Shown piece by piece: positions 29,009-40,712 of a DNA stretch of 64,000 nt. Each line of letters begins with the position of its first letter. Within the stretch, counting starts at the first letter, position 1. The notes under the pieces are model-generated. The model was not told the origin of the DNA. It was given only the letters and a program-made list of their open reading frames with translations, and ran no database searches. The stretch covers positions 69,078 to 133,077 of the forward strand of contig MU619316.1 of the NCBI GenBank assembly GCA_025201805.1, given 5' to 3'. The position numbers were made by a program, and so were the translations under genes. Source of the DNA: Parasitella parasitica NRRL 2501. Its lineage: Eukaryota > Fungi > Mucoromycota.

Positions 29009-29781
29009 ATGGAAGCTGTCCAAACTTTCGGTCGCAAGGTTCGTTTGACTTTAAACACGGAATTTTGAGTTGTGGAGAAACGATTGTCAATGGTGCCGGC
29101 AGTAGATGGAAGCTTTACAGACAACAGCGAAATATACGCATACAATTGAAAGACATAAAAAGAGACTCTCAGTTTATCAAGCATGGTTGCTAGGCTACCA
29201 AGTGCTGTTATGATTTTGACATTTCATACAATCTACATTAGGAATTAGTTGATGGACGTTTATTCGAGTATTCAGGTGTTTCCAGTAGCCATTGTTTTTA
29301 ACTTTATCCATATGCACTATTGGATAGTCGTTTTGACCATAACTCAAATGTGTGCTGAATACCGTATATACTAACATTTTATCGATAGAAAACCGCAACT
29401 GCTGTCGCTCACTGTAAGCGTGGCCACGGTCTTATCCGTATCAATGGTTCTCCCATTGAGCTTCTCGAACCCGAGATCTTGAAGTTCAAGGTCTATGAAG
29501 TTATCCTTCTTTTGGGCGAGGAACGTTTCGCCAATACTGATATCAGAATCCGCGTCAACGGTGGTGGCCACACTTCTCAAGTTTATGCTATCCGTCAAGC
29601 TCTTGCCAAGGCCATTGTTGCTTTCTATCAAAAATTTGTTGATGAGGCCGCCAAGAAGGAGATCAAGGAAATCCTTGTTCAATACGACCGTACTCTCCTT
29701 GTCGCTGATCCCCGTCGTTGTGAACCCAAGAAGTTCGGTGGTCCTGGTGCTCGCGCTCGCTTCCAAAAGTCTTACCGTTAA
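29009..29781 (+). CDS. RPS16: 40S ribosomal protein uS9 (S16)
   Basis: [10 protein letters not shown], intron 29039-29388, then [10 protein letters not shown]...[21 protein letters not shown]. Confidence 0.97.
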
Positions 29782-32125
29782 ATCGGTTATTTCTGTTGGC
29801 TGTTGTTGTATACAACAATATATTAACGTGCACATTTTAAAATAATATATTGATTTATCTTGTACATGAATATGATCCTGAAATTGGACGTGTCAATGTT
29901 AGAATACAATGAGAGAATAGAATCGTACATATATGGAACGTAGAAAGATAGTTTCTTGTCACGTTGTCAGCGTAATTTTGTTAGTAGTTTGCACAAGTTG
30001 GTAGTGCGCTCATGTGGCACTTGGCATGGAGAGGAGCATGGTGTTGCAAGATCAGAACGAAGATGATTATATGCACATAATTCCGCAATTTAACAAAAAA
30101 AAAAACTAATCGTTGGGAATGTAGTTGTGCACTGTATCCATGTATTTGCCTATTGTCAACACTTGAAAGTATTCGTTAAAGTTACAAGGGCGCCGCTTGT
30201 CATTACATATCAGTAGCAGAAGTTGACTACAGATAATTTTGCTTGAATGATTTTTCGCTCTACTATGCCATGAGTGATTTGATAACATTATTTTGACAAG
30301 GAAAAATTTCGATCTCGAGGATTTTGAATTTGGTAGCTCTTCAGAACCTGGTGGAATGGTTGGCTCTATGAAAACATTTCGTGTGATTATGAATCAATCA
30401 AGAAGGGCATAAAATCAGATTACCGAAGCTGTGAAAAAAGCAAGCTTACTAGCAATCGCCAAAAGGTGTATTCTATAGTGCTTTCGTGATAATTTTTTAA
30501 AAACACTAGTAATAAATGCTCAGTTTATATTTAACAGGCTGTGAAAATATCTTCTTTGAGCAAATCATAAGAGCGATTTCCACATCCTCTTCCATTTAAT
30601 AACAATTGGTCCTATTTCCTTAATTATCTACATTGTAAATATGTAGCCCATCCCTCATTCGAAAAGTGTAGACAATTAAGAAGGCACTTATCAGCAGTAT
30701 CTGGGAAGTTTCGCTCATTAAACAGGTGTGTTAACCGGCCTTGCGGAGCCCTATCGAAAATTTCAAAATCCTAAAGTCCAATTTTCTTGAAATAAAGAGA
30801 CTCGTAAAGATTTTAACATGTTCAAACACCAAGCTATCATACCTGGTATCTAATATTTTATATCATGCTTAGCGAACTTTACAAGATTCCGCTTTTTGTT
30901 TTCAAATATGTCTCAAAAAAATTAAAAAACTGTTTTTAAGGGATAAATGAAAAGACTGCAATCCAATCCAGTGAAATAAAGTAACCTGATGAAAGAGGGC
31001 ACGTTATGCTAGCTTTAAAATTATATTTTGTGCACTATGTTCCATCTTACTTTCTGTAACTGACTCGAGCACATATATAAAATGGCGCATGACATAGTAA
31101 TTCTGGCCTTTATTATATCCATCAGATATAAGCTCTCCTTAATTTCTGCAATGATGTATCAATGTTTTCCTTTAAGGATTTCAATAATCACAGTTCTATA
31201 GAATTACCTACTCAACACATCTGTAATTTTAGGTCAAACCGCATTATGTTGGTAAGCTTACGGCAGCCATAATAATATAGAGACTTTGATTTCCAACAAT
31301 GGAAGCCAAACACCCAAAGATCAAATCACTCGCACCCTTTCCTCTAAAATACCAATGTTTGGTGCTTGATGGGATTCAAAAAGAGAGCTACATATAAAAA
31401 CGGGGCTCATTTCCATATATACAACCAACAACTCCTTGACCAAATAAAATGAAAATCAAGACGGTTTTCATAGCTAAAAAAGTTGTCAAAATCACTGAAT
31501 CCTTTTAATTTCGATCAAGAAAATAGTAGCGCATTTAGGCGGGTCAGAGATGTGCTTGCTTGTCAATCAACATTGAGAGGAATCCCGCTTGCAGAATATT
31601 GTAACCAGACTGCATAAGAACAATTGAACAATGAAATGTTCGTAGGTTGATCAAATGCATGTAGCATGATTATCCATTCTCAGAGTTCGACTGCCGTATA
31701 ATCTATACGTTTGTCGAAATGTTGTCATTTCTATACAAACTAGACATTTTCTACTTGATTTTAAATATAGATTTCAAAGTATCAATAATGTGGTACCATT
31801 AAATGACAATAGTGTGAGTATAGAATAGAGAGCACTTCCTACCGTGACACACAATATTGAGTGTAACATGATTGCATCAAACTCCCCTTCTCCTATCATA
31901 CTCCATCTCACTACTGTGCACACCAGTCTCCCTTTCCCGAGATTTTTGTATGAATTTGTCTCCCTAGATAAACATATCAAAAACTAAACTAACACAATTA
32001 TAAATGGAATAAAATTTTATTGTTGGTGAAATTAAGAATAATGATTTCTAGTATGTGGTAAAGATCGACTTTTACAATGGATTATTAGTTGAAAAAAAAA
32101 AAAAAGAGGGCGTGTTTACGTGCGC

Positions 32126-32970
32126 TTAAAGCAAAATAGCAATGGCACCGGCAGCAATGCCAGCAACGCCCATGACACCAGCCTTGATGCCTGAAGCAGC
32201 AGAAGCAGCAGAGGCAGCAGAGGCAGATGCAGATGCAGAAGGCTTACCAGAAGCAGAAGCGGCAGATGAAGCAGCAGAAGCTACAGGAGCAGAGGATGAA
32301 GCAATAGTAGCGTTAGAGGTGCCAGGGGCAGCACCAACGATGGTAAAGTAAGTAGAATAAGTAGTGGCACCATTGCTACCGGCAAAAGCGAGAACATCTA
32401 TAATTTTGACATGTTTTGGTTAAAAAAAAAAAAAAAAAAAAATTTTACATGTTTTGGGTAAAAAAAAAAAAAAAAAAAAAAAAAACCATCTCGGCACATA
32501 ATGAAGAGATAACTTACATGAAGGAGCGGTTTCGACATTGGCAGGGATATTCCATGAGTAGGAAGGAGGGTTAACAGGAATAGCAGCAGAGAGGATGTTG
32601 GGGATTGTGGTCTCCAAGTTGGCAGAGCCGCCCTTCATCAAAGCGATAGAGTTGATTGTAGTTGAAGGGTTGGTGCTGGCAGTGTCGATGGTCCTATGAT
32701 TACAAAAATGATATGTTAAAAACAACAGTAGTGGGCTAAGGATTGCTTTGGCTTACCAAGTGATAGTGTAAGAGGTACCAGCGTTGACGACAGCCTATAC
32801 AAGCACAATAAAATAATTAGGTTCCATGTCTGAAGGATAAGACGTATTTATGAAAAACTTACACCATAGCCAGGCAAATTAACAGCAACACCAGCATTGG
32901 GCACAGCAGCAGTTTGAGCGTAGACAGTGGATGCAACGGCAACGAAGATGGCAGCAATAGAAAACTTCAT
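32126..32970 (-). CDS. Small secreted, probably GPI-anchored Ser/Ala-rich cell-wall protein (Kre9/Knh1 N-terminal-like domain)
   Basis: Signal peptide MKFSIAAIFVAVAST, beta-rich domain (YTITW, IALMKG, SYSWNIP, YSTYFTI), Ser/Ala-rich linker and hydrophobic C-terminus. 3 introns. Confidence 0.8.
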
Positions 32971-33899
32971 TTTTAAAAAAAAAAAAACTCGACAAAGAAA
33001 AATGGAGAGGAAAGAAAGATACAGCTGCTGCACTTCTTTGCTCGCTTTTATATACTGTACAAGGTGTATAAATCAAGAACCAGACATGTGTAACATCAAC
33101 CGTGCACCACACACTCAAGCACACAGCTTTTTTCGAATATTTTTAGACATTATGCCAGAATATTATATATAACATCTGGCTCCTATTTAAAACCTATAAA
33201 CCAATACTAATAATTGGTTCAGATCACCCTTTTCCTACCAAATGTCATGGTTACACTGCGGGATCCACGTGCTTTTCGCGATCATCTCCAAGGTCTCTTG
33301 TCAAAATGTAGAGACCATCCGCCATCAGTGCTATTGCTAAAATTGTAGCTTCTGAAAATACTCATCGAGACACAAGCTATTGCGAGGAGCTTTTTTTATT
33401 ATTATTATTGTTAGTACCCCTAGTATCACAATTGATTGGCTGTAACCTGCCAAATTCTTAATAAGTATACGAGTTGATTGGAATGTGCAGCTCTTTTTTA
33501 ATGACCTATCTTTGTATATATGCTGAAGGTAACGATATAGATGGATTAAATAAGTTTACTATATATAATATACTGTATAGCAAAAGTAGGCTATAAAAAA
33601 TTGTATGTTTATACAGGAAATGAAGCGAAATATTCATTCTGCCCTGATTAGAATAAATATATGCATAGCATGGCATTAATCAGTAACCTCATATAGAGAG
33701 GTTTTCCATTGACCTTTGTCGATATTAAACTGTAATGGCCCCTAGCATTTGCATATTAAAAAGGTTTTTGACGTTGGTACGGAACATTTATCATCATATT
33801 CTTCCATAAACATTTTTGACCCTCCTTTTCTCTTTCTCTCTCTCTCTCTCTTTTCCTCTCTCTGTTCTCTGTTTATCAATACATGAAATATTTACTGCA

Positions 33900-34036
33900 A
33901 TGACAGCAGGCAAACCAACGTAAGTTACAATAATAAAACATTGGCAACTAGACACTCACATATAGACTGCATAGACATGAAAAAGAGCAAATAAATAAAA
34001 GTATATACCATCAAAAAAACCCTTGAAAAGCAAATG

Positions 34037-34114
<78 letters not shown>

Positions 34115-37100
34115 GCATCTATTCCGATACATTTTCCTCCAACAAATGCTACACAACAGCCGCCAACTTTGCATTCTATTTATACAGAATTGCAAGACAA
34201 AAAATCGCTACGAAGCGAGTCGACGCTAGCTAACCAGCAGCCCAAAAGCGATGATGATGTTTACAACAATTGGGATCAAGACCCGGTTTCATTCATTGAA
34301 ATCCATACTATCTTTTTGAATTATCAGGCAAAGTACGGATTTCAACATGACAATACCCGCAACATGTACGACCACTTGATGACCATGCTGGATTCGCGCT
34401 CTGCTCGCATGTCAACTAAGTTAGCCTTATGGACGCTTCATGCCGAATATATAGGCGGGGAGCACAGCAACTATAGAAAGTGGTATTTCGCCTCTCATCT
34501 CGGTCTCGATGATGGCCACACGCCAAGCAATAGCCCAACCGGCCTGCTTTTATCAGAGGCCAAACGGGAATGGAGAGAAAGAATGGAGTCGATGTCTGAT
34601 CATGACCGTATAGCGCATCTAGCGCTGTATTTACTGATCTGGGGAGAAGCTGCTACACTTCGGTACACGCCTGAATTACTTTGTTTTATATTCTACATTG
34701 CCGAAGGGTACAGGACAAGTGCAAACGAGCCTGGTTTTGTTGCGCCGCCATTCCTTGACACGGTAGTCTCGCCGCTCTATAACTTTATGCGAGATCAGAC
34801 ATACCAAGTGATAAAGGGGCACTATGTTCGTCGCGAAAAAGACCACTGTCAGATCATAGGCTATGATGATATCAATCAGCTGTTCTGGGATAGAGGCGCT
34901 ATTGCGAATTTACGTCTGCTGGGCGGTGGAGGCTACTTGAAAGACATTCCAAAGGAAAGGCGCTTTCTTTCACTCGGCAAAGTCGATTGGAACAGTGCCT
35001 TCCGGAAGACATTTTACGAGACTCGATCCTGGTTCCATCTACTTTTGAATTTCTCACGCGTGTGGATTATACACGCTGCATCATTCTGGTATTACATGGC
35101 TGCCAGCGTGGACTTTATCTATTTGGACAAAAAGAAGCAAAATGGGAGCAAAGACGCTGCCACCATTGACCTGCCTGTCAAGTTATCTGTGGTTGGCCTG
35201 GGAGGACTTGTTGCCGTGCTGCTCATGACCGCTGCAACTATTGCTGAATACAACTACCTGAAATTGTCCATCAAAACAGCAAGTATTCTGACGACAAGAC
35301 TGTCCGTTCTGGCTTTCCTGGCTTGTTGCCATGTCGCGTGCTCTGTCTATATACTGAAGTTTGATCAAACCAGCAAGTTGGCATTGATTTTATCTTCGTG
35401 CCAGCTTGGCGTAGGTGCTCTTGTGTCTATTCTCTTGGCGATTGTTCCTTCTGCCAACCTATTCCACCGTCAAAAGTCAAGCCGCTCTCTTTGCTGCAAG
35501 GCATTTACAGCCAATTTTGCTGCCATGGTGGATGACGATAGATTTTTGTCCATCTTGCTGTGGATCTGCGTGTTTAGTTGCAAATTCTTGGAGACGTACT
35601 TTTTTTTGGCGCTATCATTCCGCGACGCTCTTTCCGTAACAACGCTGATGCAGCTCAACAACTGCAGTGCTGATCCTTTGCTGGGCCACTGGCTCTGTTC
35701 GGTTATGCCTGTACTGACGACGGTCCTCATGTTCTCGGTAGAGCTGGTCCTATTCTTTCTGGATACATACCTCTGGTACGTCATCTGGAGTACTATCTTC
35801 TCGGTGTCTCAGTCTATGCGACTTGGCATCTCTATCATGACATCGTGGAGACAGCTGTTCATGAAGCTGCCACACCAGATGTTTTCCAAAATAACGGCCA
35901 CCAAGGATTTCATCTCAGTGCACATGCGTCGTATGGCATGTTCTCAGATGTGGAATGCAATTATCATTAGCATGTACAGAGACCACTTGCTATCAGTAAA
36001 CCACCTGCAGTCGTTGCTCTACCAGGTTCGTCTGGATCAGGACGAGCACGGCATCACCAAACGAGAGCTTCATGCGCCACCCATTTTTGACCCTGCATTA
36101 TCACTTGATATGGAGGATTACTTTCCAAAGCAATCAGAAGCCGAAAGGAGATTATCGTTCTTTGCTCAAAGCTTGTCTACACAGTTTCCGCTGCCATGCT
36201 CTGTCCAAACCATGCCCATTTTCACAGTATTTACTCCACATTACGCTGAAAAAATGCTGCTGTCGTTGAGGGAAATCATTCGCGAGGAAGATTCAACAAC
36301 GCGGGTTACTCTGCTCGAGTACCTGAAGCGTTTGCACCCAAGTGAGTGGAACAACTTTGTCAAGGACACTATGTTTATTGCAGACGAAAATCAAATGCCA
36401 TCCAAACCTTCTGAAAAGGATGATTTGCCATTCTATTGCATCGGATTCAAGTCCTCAGCCCCTGAATATACTCTGCGTACTCGTGTTTGGGCCTCGTTGC
36501 GTGCTCAGACTTTGTACCGTACCATAAATGGATTTATGAATTATGCTCGTGCATTAAAGATATTGCACCGTATTGAGAATCCTGACCTGAATGATCCCTC
36601 GTTAAACAGCGGCAAGGATGATGACGATGTGTCAACTTTGCATCAAGGGGAAGACGAGGAAAACCACAAGAGAGAGACTGAAAGCCTGCTGGATACGATT
36701 GCAAATCAAAAGTTCCGTTTCTTGGTGGCCATGCAAAGATATGCCAAGTTCAACCAAGAGGAAGCTGCCAATTGCGAATTTCTGTTGACAGAGTACCCTC
36801 ATTTGCAAGTTGCTTACATTGACGAAGAGTTGGATCCAGACACGCAGCAGATCACTTACTACTCGGTGCTTATTGATGGCCATTGCGATGTATTGCCAAA
36901 CAACAAGCGTGTGCCCAAGTATCGCATCAAACTACCCGGAAATCCAATCTTGGGTGACGGAAAATCAGACAACCAGAATCATGCTCTTATTTTTTATAGG
37001 GGCGAGTATCTACAGCTTGTGGATGCTAATCAAGACAACTATCTTGAGGAATGCTTGAAGATCCGTAGCATTTTTGGTGAATTTGAACAGCAAGGCCAGG

Positions 37101-39296
37101 ATCTGTCGCTAGAGCAAGTGTATGCGCTTTCTTCGACAGACAAAGCAGACAAAAAGGCCAAGAAAGCTACAAACCCAGAAGCTCCTATTGCCATCGTTGG
37201 CGCTCGCGAATACATTTTCTCAGAGAACGTCGGTATGCTTGGCGATGTAGCTGCTGGCAAAGAGCAGACATTCGGCACTTTGACCCAGCGGATCATGGCC
37301 AAGATCGGTGGACGTCTGCATTACGGTCATCCTGATTTCTTGAATGCTGTATTTATGACTACAAGAGGCGGTGTCTCCAAGGCGCAGCGTGGTTTGCATC
37401 TGAACGAGGATATTTATGCCGGTATGAATGCTTTGCTTCGTGGCGGTCGCATCAAGCATACAGAGTATCTGCAATGTGGTAAAGGAAGAGACCTTGGCTT
37501 CTGTTCAATTCTCAATTTTACTACTAAAATTGGCACTGGTATGGGCGAACAGCTGCTGTCTCGAGAATACTATTATTTGGGCACTCAACTCCCATTGGAT
37601 CGATTCTTAACATTCTACTATGCCCATCCGGGATTTCACATGAACAACATCATGATTATCTTTGCCGTCCAAGTATTTCTGTTCTGCATGACGTTGGTGG
37701 GCACAATGGCTGCAGGACTCCCGCATTGCATGGGTAGCAACTGCTTTGATGTAAGACCTGTGTATGACTGGTTGCAGCGTTGCATATTATCTATCTTTAT
37801 GGTGTTCTTTATCGCATTTTTGCCACTGTTTTTGCAAGAACTGACGGAAAAGGGGACAGGTCGATCGGTCTGGCGTTTGGTAAAGCAGTTTTTGTCTTTG
37901 TCTCCCTTGTTTGAAGTGTTTGTTACTCAAATCTATGCCAACGCCGTCTTGTCTAATCTGAGCTTTGGCGGTGCAAGATACATTGCCACTGGAAGAGGGT
38001 TTGCTACGTCCAGACTTCCGTTTTCTGTCCTCTATTCTCGGTTTGCACATCCTAGCATCTACTTTGGGGCACGTACCATGTTTATGCTCTTTTTTGTTTC
38101 ACTGGCGCTGTGGATCCCTCATCTAATCTACTTTTGGGCTACTGTTGCCTCTCTTTTAGTGTCTCCCTTTGTATTCAACCCTCACCAGTTTGTCCTTATG
38201 GAATTCATCAATGATTACCGAGAGTTTTTAGGCTGGTTGTCTCGCGGTAATTCTTCAAGGCCTTATGACCATTCTTGGATCTCATTCTGCCGTCAAATCC
38301 GCACCCAAGTTACAGGAAACAAAAAGAAGGCGAGGGAAAACTCCACCATGTCTGGTAACAAACCTATCGTAGCTGTTCCTCGCGCTCATTTATCAAGCAT
38401 CTTTTTTGCTGAAATCATGATGCCTTTAATCCAAAGCGTGTTGTGTGTTGCATGCTATACTTTTTACAAGAGTCGCGAGCAAGTCGATACCTATGGTGCT
38501 CTCAAAAATCCCGTCAACACACAGCTGGGTCCATTGGGCGCTTCAGGCCGCATCTTGTTTATCTCAGTGTCGCCTATTGTCTTTAATGCCATCATGCTGA
38601 TATTTGTCCAGTTTTGGTCTCTTATTGGATGCCGCCTCAAAAGAACAGGATTTTACATGTCCATGCTGGCTCATACTTTTGCGCTTTTAGGATTCATTTT
38701 TTTCTATGAGGTTCTATGGACTTTGGAAAGATTTCAAGTGAGATCTACGTTGCTTGGGCTACTCTCAGTATTTGCAGTACAACGATTCATCTTCAAGTCT
38801 TTTGTAGCCGTTTTTTTGACCCGAGAGCTTCATCACGATGCAACAAACCGAGCATGGTGGTCTGGTAGATGGAGTGGAAGCCAAGTAAGCAGTGTATATA
38901 TACCCATTACATGACCATAATCTAACATGTTGCGCTATACATAATTAGGTTGGAAATCTGGCTGCTAGGGAATACATTTGTAAAATTGTCGAAATGTCGG
39001 TATTTACTACAGATTTTATCTTGGGACACTTGATTCTGTTTGGCCTATTCCCATTCACACTGATACCTTCCATCGATCGGATTCATTCTTTGATTCTGTT
39101 CTGGCTGAGGCCTTCAAACCAAATCCGACCTTCTGTGTTGCCTACAAAAGAAAGAAAAAGACGAACACGAATCGCCCTCATCTATGGTCCGTTATTTGTC
39201 CTTGTTTTATTATGTTTTGCCGCCCTTATTATTTTACCTCCAAAATTATCTCCCAAGTTACCGTTAGCATATCAAATGATTGTCAAATATTTTTAA
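33900..39296 (+). CDS. FKS1: 1,3-beta-glucan synthase catalytic subunit (GT48)
   Basis: NPILGDGKSDNQNH, DANQDNYLEECLK, GDVAAGKEQTFGT and GLHLNEDIYAG. Inferred exons 33900-33919, 33966-34000, 34116-about 38884 and about 38950-39296; the first three join in frame. Confidence 0.97.
34037..34112. repeat. Poly(A) tract, 76 nt, inside inferred FKS intron 2
   Basis: Homopolymer ending just before the TAG acceptor at 34113-34115. Confidence 0.9.
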
Positions 39297-40712
39297 AATT
39301 AAAGAACTATACTTTATTGTAGCCATTCAAAGTAGGACGCTGGTATGATTATTCGCTTGTATTAGAATCATGTTCAAAAATAATTTTTCAGCTTGAATTC
39401 AAGCAAATCTCGCCATCCACTACTGGTATATAGAGCCACCGATGAAATTGTATAGACTAGCTTGATACACACACCTTGAGAAAATTATGACAATACCGAG
39501 ACAGATCGAGTTCCTGAAGTCGAAGTTTTCAGGATTTAAACAAACCGATTATGATGGTAATAGGTACAGTATATCACTATTCAAAGGAAGATCTTCCAAT
39601 AGCGGCGCCCTCTTTAAATATACTTTAGCAGGGAAGGCCGTTGTTTCTATCTAATAGCAGATTGTGTTTCTTTAGGCTCACTGAAAAAGTTTATGTGCAA
39701 GCCAGGTAAAAAGCGTGAATTCTTATATCGCAAATTTTGAGATGCACAAGCTGTAACAGTACTCTGCTTATTGATCATGGCATTACGATTTGTCTGTATG
39801 CCTTTCATTTGCATTCTTCGTGATAATGATAGCTTTGAATCAGAACAACAATAACAAATAATGGCTATCCTCAGCAGTTATGGCTATCCCGTTTGAATAA
39901 ACAAAGATACGCAAAGCAAGATAATACAGGATTGTGTCATCCGTTGGATGCAACATTCGTACATTTATATGAGCAACTAAAGCAACGATTGACGACCTAA
40001 CGAACAGCTGCTATTCTAGAGACTTGAGAAGGATTTTGACTTGGGAACCTACTTTATAGTTTCTCAGTATTTTGCGGATTGAATTTATAAAAATTTCATC
40101 TAGGGGTAACTTGGGGATTCCTATTAATGTGTAGTTGCAGGTATACATGGTTTAGACATCATCACCGTCAATGATTCCTTTTACGTTATCAACCAATGAC
40201 AAGGAATCAATTACAAACAAACGGGTGTTTCAAGGTGCGCAAACCACCATCAAAACTGCATTTTGGCTGCCCCTCTCTTTTCCAGCCCTTTATTTAACTT
40301 CTACCTCTTGCTTTCCTTCTTTATTTTATTTTTTTGACAACGAACACAGAGAAAGAGAAGGTCCATCTAGGTTTACAGTAGGTAAATACAGTCAAAGAGC
40401 ACTTGAAGGATCTGAACATTTAGCCGGGTTTATCTTTTTCTTGTTGTGTTAGTTTTGTTATTCCCGTCTAGCATCTGAAACGTTTTGGTGAAAAAAACTC
40501 GTACTGCAGACGATTTGAAACTGGAGCAGTTGACAAAAGCAAACAGAAGGGCCTAGAAACGCAAAATAAATCACACACATATATATATTGTAAAGCGTTG
40601 TTTTTTAGCAACCAACCACCAGTGGAAGCATCACCAAAAACAACATAAAAATCGAAATTTCAACAGCAGCAATAAATAAAGCAGCCTTGTCCGCATCAAA
40701 CAGCCAAAAACC

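Noticed and set aside
29900-32000. 2-kb gene-free stretch (13300-14800 is similar) suspected of being further relic copies
   Set aside because: Only very short word matches to the repeat family could be seen, and homology could not be established by eye.
34034-34112. Poly-lysine N-terminus of the 1626-aa FKS ORF
   Set aside because: The A tract is best explained as intronic, because upstream exons splice in frame to 34116.
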